In this document: piece after piece, positions 29,962-40,328 of the stretch
Layout of the letters: the number at the start of each line of letters is the position of its first letter
Position numbering within the stretch: the stretch's first letter is position 1
Assembly: GCA_036788695.1 (NCBI GenBank)
Contig: DAIQMY010000002.1
Coordinates: forward strand, 66,394 to 130,393
Source of the DNA: Candidatus Levyibacteriota bacterium
Lineage (GTDB): Bacteria; Patescibacteriota; Microgenomatia; Levybacterales; GWA1-39-11
Direction: 5' to 3'
DNA length: 64,000 nt
Notes under the pieces: generated by a model
The model's input: only the letters and a program-made list of their open reading frames with translations
Databases searched by the model: none
Told to the model about the DNA's origin: nothing
Position numbers and translations under genes: made by a program

Positions 29962-31470
29962 ATGGTTGATACAAATAATAAGCAAGAAAAATTTGAAAAA
30001 GTCATTTCTCTTTCAAAAAGAAGAGGGTTTATTTTCCCGGGCTCAGAAATATATGGAGGACTCGCAAATACATACGATTACGGTCCTATGGGTGTTGAGT
30101 TGATGCGGAACATCAGGAATCTTTGGTGGGAGGAATTTGTTCACAGACGAGACGACATAGTGGGGCTTGAGGCTAGTCTTATTTCTCATCAAGAAATATG
30201 GAAGGCTTCAGGGCATGTGGGTGGATTCTCGGATGCACAGGTAGATTGTAAAAAGTGCAAGGCTAGAATGAGAGCAGACCATCTTATAGAAGGATACTAT
30301 GATGAACAACTAAAGATTCAAGATGAAAACGATAGAAAAGGTAATGGGTCATCTGTGCCAATATTTACAGTAGATGAAAATAATTGGATATCAAATATTG
30401 TGGACAAAAAGACAAGGAATAGGCAGGTTGAGGGTCTGACACCGGAACAAATGGATGAGGTCATACAACACTTTCAAATTAAGTGTCCAAACTGCAAGGA
30501 GCACGACTGGACAGATGTCCGAAAATTTAATCTTCTTTTCCCGGTTCATGTAGGAATAATAGAGGGTGATCAGGATTTGGCATACCTGCGTGGGGAAACA
30601 GCTCAGGGAATGTTTGTTGCTTTTAAAAATATCCTTGACTCATCTCGTGTAAAACTTCCATTTGGTGTCGCTCAGGTCGGTAAAAGTTTCAGAAATGAAA
30701 TTACTCCTGGAAATTCAGTTTTTAGAACTCTTGTATTTGAACAAGCGGAGATAGAATATTTCTTTGATCCTGAGGCACAGGATTGGGAAAATCTCTATGA
30801 AGATTGGAAAAGTAAATTGTTTTCATTTGTATCTGAGAAATTAGGTATAAGGAAAGAAAATTTAAGATGGAGAGTGCACACTGATGACGAGCGTTCATTT
30901 TATAGTAAACGGACTGAAGATTTAGAGTATAACTATCCTTTTGGGTTTAAGGAGCTGTGGGGTCTTGCCTACAGAACTGACTACGACCTTTCTCAGCATG
31001 AAAAGTTTTCAGGAAAAGAGTTGCGTGTTGTTGATTCATCAAACGGTCGGAAAATTCTTCCTCATGTAATAGAGCCTGCAGTGGGCGTAGACAGGATGTT
31101 TTTGATGGTTCTTTCCGATGCATATACTGAGGAAGACGCCAGAGTTGTTTTAAAAATAGCACCAAGAGTAGCACCCGTAAAGGTTGCCGTTTTCCCACTA
31201 CTTGCCAATAAAGAAGAGTTGATGAATCGTGCGCGTGAAATTTATTCAAATTTAAAGACGCACATCCAGGGTGTGGTTATGTTTGACGCAAGGGGGAACA
31301 TAGGGAAAAGATATCTTTCACAGGATGAAATAGGAACACCATTTTGTATTACGGTGGATTTTGAATCATTTGAGGATGATACCGTTACTGTAAGAGAGCG
31401 TGATAGCGCAGAACAAGTAAGAGTAAAGATAGATGAATTGGTGTCCTATATCGCAAAAAAAATTGAGTAA
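29962..31470 (+). CDS. glyQS: Glycine--tRNA ligase, dimeric alpha2 type
   Basis: RRGFIFPGSEIYGGLANTYDYGPMGVELMRNIRNLWW and class II aaRS motifs (FRNEITPGNSVFRTLVFEQAEIEYF). Confidence 0.8.
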   Translation: MVDTNNKQEKFEKVISLSKRRGFIFPGSEIYGGLANTYDYGPMGVELMRNIRNLWWEEFVHRRDDIVGLEASLISHQEIWKASGHVGGFSDAQVDCKKCKARMRADHLIEGYYDEQLKIQDENDRKGNGSSVPIFTVDENNWISNIVDKKTRNRQVEGLTPEQMDEVIQHFQIKCPNCKEHDWTDVRKFNLLFPVHVGIIEGDQDLAYLRGETAQGMFVAFKNILDSSRVKLPFGVAQVGKSFRNEITPGNSVFRTLVFEQAEIEYFFDPEAQDWENLYEDWKSKLFSFVSEKLGIRKENLRWRVHTDDERSFYSKRTEDLEYNYPFGFKELWGLAYRTDYDLSQHEKFSGKELRVVDSSNGRKILPHVIEPAVGVDRMFLMVLSDAYTEEDARVVLKIAPRVAPVKVAVFPLLANKEELMNRAREIYSNLKTHIQGVVMFDARGNIGKRYLSQDEIGTPFCITVDFESFEDDTVTVRERDSAEQVRVKIDELVSYIAKKIE

Positions 31471-31512
31471 GCTCTTGACAGATATGCTTTTGGTATGTCA
31501 GGATAATTATGT

Positions 31513-32004
31513 ATGAAATTTAATAAGAAAATTGCCATAGTTGCAGCTATAATCCTTCTCTTTCTAGCAGTTGGTGCCGGAGTAGGTTTCTTTTTGCTAT
31601 CTCAAGATCCTACATCTCCTAAAAATACATTGAATGGTACGCAGGAAGTAAAAAAAATATCAGCTTCAGATATTGGTCTTGAGATTAAGGTAAGGCAGGA
31701 CAAGAAAGGACTTATGATGACGCTAGGCAAACTAAATGGCGTTGATTCAATTGAGTATAGTGTTTCCTATGATGCAGAAGTTGAAGATGAGGGGGAAACT
31801 ATAACAGTTCCCCGTGGAGTTGAGGGAAGTCCAATTGATACTTCAGGTCAGAGCACCATAACAAAGAATCTTGATCTTGGGACATGTTCAAGAAACGTTT
31901 GTAAATATGATAAGGTAGTAAGCGATGTCACAGTTACGATCAGAGTTAACTACAAAGACGGAACTGTGGGCGGTCTTGAGGAAAAAGTCTCCTTAAACAC
32001 ATAG
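31513..32004 (+). CDS. Small exported protein of unknown function (N-terminal TM/signal)
   Basis: 163-aa ORF with an N-terminal hydrophobic helix. Confidence 0.3.
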   Translation: MKFNKKIAIVAAIILLFLAVGAGVGFFLLSQDPTSPKNTLNGTQEVKKISASDIGLEIKVRQDKKGLMMTLGKLNGVDSIEYSVSYDAEVEDEGETITVPRGVEGSPIDTSGQSTITKNLDLGTCSRNVCKYDKVVSDVTVTIRVNYKDGTVGGLEEKVSLNT

Positions 32005-32124
32005 ATAAACCTCTTTCACACTTTATAATTTGGCAAAAGTCTTCTGATAGTTAAAATATTTTCACGATACCACTACATATAGTGTATCTCATCATTTTTG
32101 AACCTAAAAAGCCCAAATAAGGGA

Positions 32125-32153
32125 TTGACATGCTGTGAAAAGTAATTTATAAA
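32125..32153 (+). promoter_or_regulatory. Candidate dcw-operon promoter upstream of mraZ: TTGACA-17-TATAAA
   Basis: Consensus -35 with 17-nt spacer to a near-consensus -10, ~90 nt upstream of the mraZ ATG. Confidence 0.35.
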
Positions 32154-32243
32154 TATAGAGTACATTAAAAAAAGTAGGAATAAGTAGGATAATTGATCTA
32201 AAGAGATATAGATTTATTGAGCACGAAAGCGTATAATTGCACA

Positions 32244-32696
32244 ATGTACTTGGGTTTTTACAATTCATCCGTAACAAAGAAATATCAATTATCTTTTCCC
32301 ATCAAATTTAAGAATTTGACTGGAGAAAAACTTTTAATAACCACTTGGTTTGAAAAATCTTTACTTATTCTTCCATATGACCAGGGAGAGAGAATATTAA
32401 GCAAGGTGATTTCTGAGACATCAAGTCTGCTTCCAGAGGCAAGAGATTTAGAAAGATTTTTTTATGGAAACGCACAAGAAGTGAGAATAGGAGACAGGAA
32501 CAGATTTCATCTTTCTCAAATGCACAGAGAATACGCTCAAATAGAAAAGGAAGCAATATTTATTGGGGTTTCTGAGCGCATTGAATTATGGGACAAAAGC
32601 GTTTATGAAAATTATGGGAAAATACGGGAAGTTCAAATAAGAGAAACAGCTATTTCGCACTACAACCGTATTTTTAGTTTTAAACATGAATCATGA
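32244..32696 (+). CDS. mraZ: Transcriptional regulator MraZ
   Basis: Two MraZ-type repeats: MYLGFYNSSVTKKYQLSFPIKFKN and FFYGNAQEVRIGDRNRFHLSQMHREYAQIEKEAIFIGVSERIELWDK. Lies immediately upstream of rsmH. The internal ATG is preferred over the track's TTG start. Confidence 0.7.
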   Translation: MYLGFYNSSVTKKYQLSFPIKFKNLTGEKLLITTWFEKSLLILPYDQGERILSKVISETSSLLPEARDLERFFYGNAQEVRIGDRNRFHLSQMHREYAQIEKEAIFIGVSERIELWDKSVYENYGKIREVQIRETAISHYNRIFSFKHES

Positions 32697-33583
32697 AGGA
32701 ATTTAATCATATACCGGTTCTTATGCGTCAAGTGCTTGATTGGTTGAGCCCTGTGCCTGATGGAAGATATATAGATGCGACACTTGGAGGGGGAGGACAT
32801 GCAGAGGAGATAGTTAGAAGCGGAGGGAAGGTATTAGGTATTGATCAGGACTTGGATGCAATAGAATTTGTTAAAAAAAGTAAACAAGATTTAATTAAAA
32901 GTAATAAGCTCCTAATTTTCAAAGGAAATTTTAGGGACATAAAACAAATAGCAACGGAAAATAAGTTTGGGGAGGTACAAGGGATACTTTTCGATCTGGG
33001 AGTGTCAAGCCATCAACTAGATGATGGAATTCGAGGGTTCAGCCTTAAGAAAAACGCGGCTTTGGATATGAGAATGGATGCGGGAACACAGATACTTGCA
33101 AAGGATATAGTAAATACGTACAGCAAAGAGGAATTAACAGATATTTTCTTAAGGTATGGGGAAGAGGAAAATGCAAAAAAAATAGCACAGGAAATAGTAG
33201 ATGCAAGGCATAGTTCTAAAATTGAAACTACCCAGGATCTTGCGACAATTGTGAATAGAGTAGTTGTTGGGGGTGGGAAGATACATCCTGCCACTCGGGT
33301 ATTTCAAGCTTTACGAATTGAAGTAAATGGAGAGCTCACATCTCTACAAAAAGGAATACACGATGCATTTGATCTGCTACTTCCTGGAGGGAAAATGGTA
33401 GTTATTTCATTTCATTCACTCGAGGACAGGATTGTTAAGCGGACATTTTCTGAATGGGAGATAAAAGGTTGGGGAAGCATAAAGACAAAAAAGCCAATTA
33501 TGGCTGAGCCAGATGAAGTAATGAAAAATCCGCGCGCAAGAAGCGCAAAATTACGAATATTTGAAAAAACAAAAAACATATGA
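32693..33583 (+). CDS. rsmH: 16S rRNA (cytosine1402-N4)-methyltransferase RsmH/MraW
   Basis: YIDATLGGGGHAEEI, FDLGVSSHQLD and a canonical C-terminal region. dcw position after mraZ. Confidence 0.85.
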   Translation: MKEFNHIPVLMRQVLDWLSPVPDGRYIDATLGGGGHAEEIVRSGGKVLGIDQDLDAIEFVKKSKQDLIKSNKLLIFKGNFRDIKQIATENKFGEVQGILFDLGVSSHQLDDGIRGFSLKKNAALDMRMDAGTQILAKDIVNTYSKEELTDIFLRYGEEENAKKIAQEIVDARHSSKIETTQDLATIVNRVVVGGGKIHPATRVFQALRIEVNGELTSLQKGIHDAFDLLLPGGKMVVISFHSLEDRIVKRTFSEWEIKGWGSIKTKKPIMAEPDEVMKNPRARSAKLRIFEKTKNI

Positions 33584-33867
33584 AATTAAAATTAGCATTT
33601 ACTTTTATGATTGTTATGATAATTCTTCTTCAATGTGTGCAGGTGTATTTATCAAACAGAATTGCAGGAACAAGTATAGAAGTTGCAAAACTAAGACAGG
33701 ACATAGAGGCGCTTGATGAGAAGAATACAAGTCTTAAAACGCAGCTACTGGCACACTCATCATTTACCTCTGTTGCCTCCCGTGCAGCAGAGATTGGGTT
33801 TACTGAAACAAAGAATAATGTTATCCTTTTAAAGGCTCCTCTGCCAGTTGCTGTTTCTGACTTATAA
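33580..33867 (+). CDS. ftsL: FtsL-like small bitopic division protein
   Basis: 95 aa, one TM, then a coiled-coil (AKLRQDIEALDEKNTSLKTQL). Sits between rsmH and ftsI. Confidence 0.5.
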   Translation: MKLKLAFTFMIVMIILLQCVQVYLSNRIAGTSIEVAKLRQDIEALDEKNTSLKTQLLAHSSFTSVASRAAEIGFTETKNNVILLKAPLPVAVSDL

Positions 33868-35552
33868 TGCCAACAAGAAGTACAAAGTTTCGTCTTATAT
33901 TTGTTTTAGGTTTTTTTGCAGGATTATATTTGTTGGTTTTGCTCCGTTTATTTTATTGGCAAGTTGCTCGAGCAGATGAGCTAAAAACCATTGGCGAGAA
34001 TCAAAGTTCTGATAGGATAACCATAAATGCGATGCGGGGTGAAATCCTTGCATCTGACTCATTTCCTCTTGCCACAAATAAAATCTCATATCTTTTATAT
34101 GCAAATCCTAAGGTAGTAACTAATCCAGTTGACTATGCAAGAGCACTGTCACCTATTGTAGCAATTGAAGAGTCATCTATTGCTGCAAAACTAAATCAGA
34201 ATTTGTTTTGGGTTCGCATTGCCCAAAAACTCCCTGATACAAAAAAACAAGAAGTTGAGAATCTAAACCTTTCCGGACTTGGATTTTATGAACAGTCTGA
34301 AAGATACTACCCTGAAGCTTCAATGGCAGCGCAATTAATTGGATTTTTGGGCATTGATAAAAGTGGTGAGAATAGAGGATTTTTTGGGTTAGAGGGTTAT
34401 TATAACGATCAATTAAGAGGGAAAGATGGAAGTTTATATGTAGTAAAAGATGCGTTAGGACATCCTGTTGTAAATGATATACGGGAAGAAAAAAAGATTG
34501 ACGGTAGAAGTATACAGTTAACATTGGATCGTACTATTCAGTTTCTTTCTCAGAAACGGTTACTTGATGGGGTAAATAAGTATGAGGCAGAGGGTGGAAG
34601 CATTATAGTATTAAACACGAAAACAGGAGGAATTTTAGCCGCAGCATCTACTCCAAATTTTGATCCTCAACATTATTATGACTTTGATCCGAAATCATTA
34701 AAAAATCCAATAATTTCTGATCTTTATGAGCCAGGCTCTACCTTTAAGGTTCTTGTAATGGCGGCAGCACTCGACCTTGGAAAAGTAAAGCCTGATACAA
34801 AATGTGATATTTGTTCAGGTCCCGTATCTATAGGTGAATATAATATAAGGACATGGAACAATAAATATTTTCCAAACGCGACTATGACTGATGTTATACA
34901 GCATTCCGATAATACAGGAATGGTATTTGTGGGAAGAAGGTTAGGGGAAGAGAATCTTTTATCATATATTAAGCGATTCGGCATTGGGGACATAACGGGA
35001 GTTGATCTTCAGGGTGAAACGTCAGGTGAGTTAAGAACAGATTGGCACAGTATTGATTATGCTACTACTACTTTTGGACAAGGAATTTCAGTGACTCCAC
35101 TCCAATTAATAACTTCTGTGAATAGCATTGCAAATAGTGGGAAGCTCGTGAAGCCCTACATTGTTTCAAAAATAATAACCGAGGACGGAAAAGTTATTCC
35201 AATGAAACCTAATTCCTATAAGCGTGTTGTGAAGGAGTCTACCGCCAAGGTTGTAACCTGGATGATGGTAAATGCCGTAGAGAAGGGGGAAGCAAAATGG
35301 ACAAAACTTCAACACTATTCAATAGCGGGGAAAACTGGAACAGCTCAAATTCCCGTTGCAGGGCACTATGATCCAAACCAAACTGTAACTTCATTTGTAG
35401 GCTTTTTTCCGGCTGAAGATCCACAAATAACTATGCTAGTTGTTGTCCATAAGCCAAAAACATCAATTTATGGATCAGAAACAGCAGCTCCCATATTTTT
35501 TGCCGCAGCAAAAGACATCATACATTATTTGGGAATTCCGCCATCAAATTAA
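33867..35552 (+). CDS. ftsI: Penicillin-binding protein, class B transpeptidase (FtsI/PBP2-like)
   Basis: N-terminal TM. The SxxK motif is in YEPGSTFKV, SxN in HSDNTG and KTG in IAGKTGTAQ. Confidence 0.85.
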   Translation: MPTRSTKFRLIFVLGFFAGLYLLVLLRLFYWQVARADELKTIGENQSSDRITINAMRGEILASDSFPLATNKISYLLYANPKVVTNPVDYARALSPIVAIEESSIAAKLNQNLFWVRIAQKLPDTKKQEVENLNLSGLGFYEQSERYYPEASMAAQLIGFLGIDKSGENRGFFGLEGYYNDQLRGKDGSLYVVKDALGHPVVNDIREEKKIDGRSIQLTLDRTIQFLSQKRLLDGVNKYEAEGGSIIVLNTKTGGILAAASTPNFDPQHYYDFDPKSLKNPIISDLYEPGSTFKVLVMAAALDLGKVKPDTKCDICSGPVSIGEYNIRTWNNKYFPNATMTDVIQHSDNTGMVFVGRRLGEENLLSYIKRFGIGDITGVDLQGETSGELRTDWHSIDYATTTFGQGISVTPLQLITSVNSIANSGKLVKPYIVSKIITEDGKVIPMKPNSYKRVVKESTAKVVTWMMVNAVEKGEAKWTKLQHYSIAGKTGTAQIPVAGHYDPNQTVTSFVGFFPAEDPQITMLVVVHKPKTSIYGSETAAPIFFAAAKDIIHYLGIPPSN

Positions 35553-36163
35553 AATAGTTCAGGGTATTTTTCGCGAAGAGTAGTTGTATTTTTATCACGG
35601 TCAGATACTACTATGTCCTGCTTTTCTATTGGCCACTGTATGTGAAGTTCAGGATCAAAAAGTGATATAGCAACATCATTTTTAGAATCTCTTGTTCTGT
35701 AGAGTTCATCAACTGCATAAATATAGTCTACTGGTGCATCTACTACACACAGGGAGTTTGCAATCCCCTTTGTTATAAATAAAGAACCTGGCAAGGCATT
35801 GTTTCCAAATCCCAATAAAATGTACTCTGTCTTAGCAAATGTTTGAGATTCTGGTCGTATGTCTGCTAAAACACAGAGGCATACGCCATGCGTTACGGTA
35901 ACAAGCTTATTCCAATCTTCAGCATGAAAACCACGTATAACATTTTTTACAGAACGTGCATGGTTTAGCTGTTTTATTACAAATTTTGATCCAATTACGT
36001 CTTCTAAATCGGGGATTAGTGCTTCCTCACGATAAAAACCTCTTTCGTCAGTATGCAATACCGTATCTATATAATATAAACCAGGAATAGATGTTTTATA
36101 AATTCTCTCAGAAACCTTGTTTTTTTCGTCAACTGTGTAAAGGGGAATGTTCTCAAGCTGCAT
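35549..36163 (-). CDS. RmlC-like cupin (dTDP-4-dehydrorhamnose 3,5-epimerase family)
   Basis: NHARSVKNVIRGFHAE...KLVTVTHGVCLCVLADIR parallels the RmlC RGLHxQ...VxxGxxxDVAVDLR core. Antisense to the dcw cluster and convergent with ftsI. Confidence 0.55.
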   Translation of the reverse strand: MQLENIPLYTVDEKNKVSERIYKTSIPGLYYIDTVLHTDERGFYREEALIPDLEDVIGSKFVIKQLNHARSVKNVIRGFHAEDWNKLVTVTHGVCLCVLADIRPESQTFAKTEYILLGFGNNALPGSLFITKGIANSLCVVDAPVDYIYAVDELYRTRDSKNDVAISLFDPELHIQWPIEKQDIVVSDRDKNTTTLREKYPELF

Positions 36164-36248
36164 ATTTGTATTGTAGCATAAATAGTGATTATAGGAAATT
36201 AGGCATAGGTATTGGGTTTTACGTACATATTCTTGGTATAATACCTAT

Positions 36249-37760
36249 ATGGAAACGGTCAAACGGATATACTTTGTGGGAATAAAAGGAGTTGGAATGA
36301 CGGCTCTTTCCTTAATAGCAAAAGAAGCAGGTCTTGAGGTGCGGGGGTCAGACGTATCGGAAGAATTCATTACTGATTCTGTTCTGAGGCGTGCTGGGAT
36401 ATCTGTTGATGAGGGCTTTGAGCCTGAAAAGGTAACAGATTTCATAAGCGGTGCGTTTTCTGAATCTTTAGTTATAACTACTGCTGCGCATGGAGGCTTG
36501 GAAAATCCGCAATCACAATACGCGAAGGAACAGGGGATAACAGTTTTAACCCATGGGCAAGCACTCGGGTTATTTATGGATGGGAAAATAGTAAAGAAAG
36601 CTTTTAGTGGGATTTCAGTTTTAGGCTGTCATGGGAAAACAACTATTACTGCTATGTGTGCAACTGCATTTTTCAAATTAAAACTTGATCCTACCTATGC
36701 GGTTGGCACGTCCGAGATTTTTCCCTTAGGAAATCCTGGACATTTTGGAAGGGGAAAGTATTTTATTTCTGAAGCTGATGAATTTATTTCAGACATACGC
36801 CATGATAAGACTGTAAAATTTCTTTATCAGCATCCTCAATTTGCGATTGTAAATAATATAGATTTTGATCATCCTGATGTGTACAAAGATTTAGACGAAG
36901 TAAGGCTTACGTTTGAGAAGTTTTGTAGGGAAAACATTATGCGTGGGGGAGTTCTTGTAGCAAACGGAGATGATCACAATGTGAAAAGTATTATACAAAG
37001 TTTTAAAAGTGTTCGACCAGACGTGCGAATAATAACATACGGGCAGGATCAGACAAATACTATTCAAATAGTAAATTTTCATGAAGAAAACTGGGAAAGT
37101 AGTTTTGAGATCATTCAAAATGGCCATAACTTAGGAGAATTTAAGCTGCGCGTTCCAGGGTTTCATAATGCAAAGAACGCGCTCTCAGTAGCGGGGATTT
37201 TGCTTGATTTAGGTTTTAAAACGCATGATGTGCAGGAAGCGCTATGGGAGTATAAGGGAGGCAAACGGAGGCAAGAATATATTGGGGTAACAAAGAATGG
37301 GGCAATTGTGATAGATGATTATGCACACCATCCTGATGAAATAGATAAAACATTGCAGGCAGTAAAAAACGCGTACAAAAAAAGAAAAATAGTTTGCGTT
37401 TTTCAACCCCATACGCTTTCAAGAACTAAATCGCTTTGGCAAGACTTTGCAAGTGCCTTTACATCAGCCAACGAAGTTTTATTTTTACCTATCTTTACAT
37501 CAAAAAGAGAAGGGGAGGCAGATTATAGTGATTTATATAGTTCCATACAAACATTAATGAAGGAAAAAGGGAGTAATGCAGTATTTTTTGAGGATACAAG
37601 AAGTCATGAAGATAAGGATTTTCCACCGTTTTTTTATGAGAAAAACCGTGTTTTTGTGGTAAAATACATACATTCCCATTTTGACTCACCCCAGTGGGTT
37701 GTTGTGACGTTAGGTGCGGGTGATTTGTATAGAATTGCTTACGACCTAGTACAAAAATAA
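36249..37760 (+). CDS. murC: Mur ligase, MurC-like (UDP-N-acetylmuramate--L-alanine ligase family)
   Basis: N-terminal IYFVGIKGVGMTALSLIAKEAGLEVRGSD is MurC/Mpl type. GCHGKTTITAM is the P-loop. A C-terminal Mur ligase domain is present. Confidence 0.6.
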   Translation: METVKRIYFVGIKGVGMTALSLIAKEAGLEVRGSDVSEEFITDSVLRRAGISVDEGFEPEKVTDFISGAFSESLVITTAAHGGLENPQSQYAKEQGITVLTHGQALGLFMDGKIVKKAFSGISVLGCHGKTTITAMCATAFFKLKLDPTYAVGTSEIFPLGNPGHFGRGKYFISEADEFISDIRHDKTVKFLYQHPQFAIVNNIDFDHPDVYKDLDEVRLTFEKFCRENIMRGGVLVANGDDHNVKSIIQSFKSVRPDVRIITYGQDQTNTIQIVNFHEENWESSFEIIQNGHNLGEFKLRVPGFHNAKNALSVAGILLDLGFKTHDVQEALWEYKGGKRRQEYIGVTKNGAIVIDDYAHHPDEIDKTLQAVKNAYKKRKIVCVFQPHTLSRTKSLWQDFASAFTSANEVLFLPIFTSKREGEADYSDLYSSIQTLMKEKGSNAVFFEDTRSHEDKDFPPFFYEKNRVFVVKYIHSHFDSPQWVVVTLGAGDLYRIAYDLVQK

Positions 37761-37764
37761 CAAT

Positions 37765-39090
37765 ATGAAGAAGTACATTATAAATGGAGGAAGAAAATTA
37801 AGTGGTGAAGTTACTATTTCAGGTGCAAAAAATATTGCCCTTAAGGCGATTGTTGCAGCATGTCTAACTCAGGAAAAAGTTGTAATACGAAATATTCCTA
37901 AAATTTCTGATGTGTATAACATGTTGGATCTTGTAAAAAGTATAGGGGGAGTAGTGACTATAGATGATCATACGGTTACAATTGAGGCGGGAAAGTTAAG
38001 TACATTCACAATTCCTCTGGAGGCTGGAGCAAAGACCAGAACATCAACCTTGTTTCTGGCACCCCTTTTAGCAAGAGCAAAAGAAGCAATTATCCCAAAT
38101 CCTGGCGGATGTAGAATAGGCGCGCGTCCTATAGACAGAATTGTTGATGGTCTTGAAAAGATGAATGTTGAGATTCTTTATAATTCGGAAGATGGATATT
38201 TTCATGCAAAAACACAGGGACTGAAAGGAACCATATACCGTTTTTCAAAAAACTCACACACAGGAACTGAGACTATGATTTTAACTGCAGTTTTGGCTGA
38301 TGGGAAAACAGTCATACAAAATGCTGCATTAGAACCTGAAGTGGACAGTCTCATTGAACTATTGAATATGATGGGTGCAAGAGTTACAAGAAAAGAGGGG
38401 AAAGAAATTGAAATCATTGGAGTCAGTGAGCTTCATGGAGCTGAATATACCTTGCCCCAGGACAGGAATGAAGTCGCAACATTTGCCATAGCGAGTATAC
38501 TTACGGGCGGAGATATTTTTATTCAAGATGTAGACTTGAAATCTCTTGACGCATTTATCAATGAGTGTAAAAAGGCCGGGGTAAGCGTTGAAGTACGCGG
38601 GTCTGATATCCGATTTTATAGAACGGGAGATATTCTACCTACAAATATCACAACGAATCCCCATCCTGGATTTATGACTGATTGGCAGGGTGTATGGGCA
38701 CTTTTAATGACCCAGGCAAATGGCACATCATATATCCATGAGACTGTATATGAGAACAGATTTGGATACATGAAAGAACTCAATAAAATGGGTGCGGAAA
38801 TTTCTTTTGTAAATCCGGACATGGGGAATTATGATGAAATATATAATTTTAATTATGATCCGAAACAGGAATATCATCAAAAGATTGAAATAAAAGGACC
38901 TACAGCGCTTCATAATGCTGTCTTATCAATGTCTGATTTACGTGCGGGTGCTACTCTTGTTTTAGCCTCTCTTATTGCAAGTGGTACAAGCGTTATTTAT
39001 GGAATTGAACAGGTTCAAAGAGGATATGAGAAATTTGATGAACGATTGAAGATGTTAGGTGCAGATATAGAGTGTAAGGAGGAAAAATAA
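37765..39090 (+). CDS. murA: UDP-N-acetylglucosamine 1-carboxyvinyltransferase
   Basis: KLSGEVTISGAKNIALKAIVAACL, with the catalytic Cys in NPGGCRIGARPID. Confidence 0.85.
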   Translation: MKKYIINGGRKLSGEVTISGAKNIALKAIVAACLTQEKVVIRNIPKISDVYNMLDLVKSIGGVVTIDDHTVTIEAGKLSTFTIPLEAGAKTRTSTLFLAPLLARAKEAIIPNPGGCRIGARPIDRIVDGLEKMNVEILYNSEDGYFHAKTQGLKGTIYRFSKNSHTGTETMILTAVLADGKTVIQNAALEPEVDSLIELLNMMGARVTRKEGKEIEIIGVSELHGAEYTLPQDRNEVATFAIASILTGGDIFIQDVDLKSLDAFINECKKAGVSVEVRGSDIRFYRTGDILPTNITTNPHPGFMTDWQGVWALLMTQANGTSYIHETVYENRFGYMKELNKMGAEISFVNPDMGNYDEIYNFNYDPKQEYHQKIEIKGPTALHNAVLSMSDLRAGATLVLASLIASGTSVIYGIEQVQRGYEKFDERLKMLGADIECKEEK

Positions 39091-40328
39091 TGTTAGCAGT
39101 ATTGCTTGCAGCAGGGGAATCATCCAGATTTTATCCGTATAATGATTTGGGGCACAAAAGCCTTGTTACTCTTTGTGGGAAAAAACTGATTGTTCACACG
39201 CTGGATTCCTTACGAGAATCAAATATTAAAAATGTGATTATAGTTGAGAATAAAAATAGGTCGGTGTCAAAAAGTCTTTCAGTCTCAGATACAAAGGGTC
39301 TCAGTGTAAAATTTATTGTTCAGGATTCGCCAGCAGGGATGGGGGAGGCTGTGCTTCTTTGTAAGCCGTACATAAAAGAAACTTTTTTTCTTTTAAATGC
39401 GTATCATTTTGAATTTTCTGAAGTAGCAAAAGAACTATTAAAGATCAGCAAGAAAGGTTATCTTGCGCTTTTAACCAAAGAAGAAAAAAACGCGAAAGAA
39501 TTTGGATCAGTTGAATTAAAAAATGGAAAGATGGTTATTTCAGAGAAAAAAAATAGTGAAGCAAAAGATAGAATTGTAGGAATATATTGTCTTCCTGTGG
39601 CGTTTCTTGACGTGCTGGAAAAAGAAAAAAAAGATCATTATAGCTTTGAAAGTGCTCTTACCTCTTTCTCACAAACAAACAGGATAGAGCTTGTGCAAAC
39701 AAAAAAGGAGACGCTTTCATTAAAATATCCTTGGGATATTTTAAGCATAAAAGACTATATGCTTGAGCGATTAAAAAAACATAAAGGGAAGGGTGTTACT
39801 ATTTCAAAACGAGCTGTATTACACGGTGAGGTATATATTGACGATGGTGCAACCATTATGGATGGTGCTGTCATAACTGGGCCATGTTATATTGGGAAAA
39901 ATGCATATATAGGAACAAATTCCATACTAAGAGGGGGAAGTCTTATTGAGGAGAAAGTGGTGGTAGGCGCAGGGTTAGAAGTAAAAAACAGTGTTCTTAT
40001 GAAGGGAGTAAAAACACATTCAGGGTTTATTGGAGATTCTTTAGTTGGGGAAAACACTAAAGTTGCCGCGGGGTATAACAGTGCAAATGTAAGATTGGAT
40101 AAGGAAAATGTGAAAGTGAAGGTAAAAGGTGAATATGTAAGTACTGGTCGTAAGTATTTTGGGGCAATTATAGGTTCAGGAGTATCATTTGGAATACGAG
40201 TCGGCACAATGCCGGGAGTAGTAATTGGGAACAATGATTTAATTGGACCTGGAACAACAGTTATGCAGAATTTGGAAGACAATATTACGTATTACACGGA
40301 AATAAAAGGAGTTATTACAAAGCGTTAG
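39090..40328 (+). CDS. GlmU-like bifunctional protein: N-terminal sugar-1-phosphate nucleotidyltransferase, C-terminal left-handed beta-helix
   Basis: MLAVLLAAGESSRF (LAAGxGxR-type). The C-terminal hexapeptide repeats are VITGPCYIGKNAYIGTNSILRGGSLIEEKVVVGAG... Confidence 0.5.
   Translation: MLAVLLAAGESSRFYPYNDLGHKSLVTLCGKKLIVHTLDSLRESNIKNVIIVENKNRSVSKSLSVSDTKGLSVKFIVQDSPAGMGEAVLLCKPYIKETFFLLNAYHFEFSEVAKELLKISKKGYLALLTKEEKNAKEFGSVELKNGKMVISEKKNSEAKDRIVGIYCLPVAFLDVLEKEKKDHYSFESALTSFSQTNRIELVQTKKETLSLKYPWDILSIKDYMLERLKKHKGKGVTISKRAVLHGEVYIDDGATIMDGAVITGPCYIGKNAYIGTNSILRGGSLIEEKVVVGAGLEVKNSVLMKGVKTHSGFIGDSLVGENTKVAAGYNSANVRLDKENVKVKVKGEYVSTGRKYFGAIIGSGVSFGIRVGTMPGVVIGNNDLIGPGTTVMQNLEDNITYYTEIKGVITKR

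Noticed and set aside
31470-31515. TTGACA hexamer and a short inverted repeat after glyQS, read as promoter or terminator
   Set aside because: The spacing to any -10 element is wrong (20 nt). The stem is only 6 bp with no U-tract.
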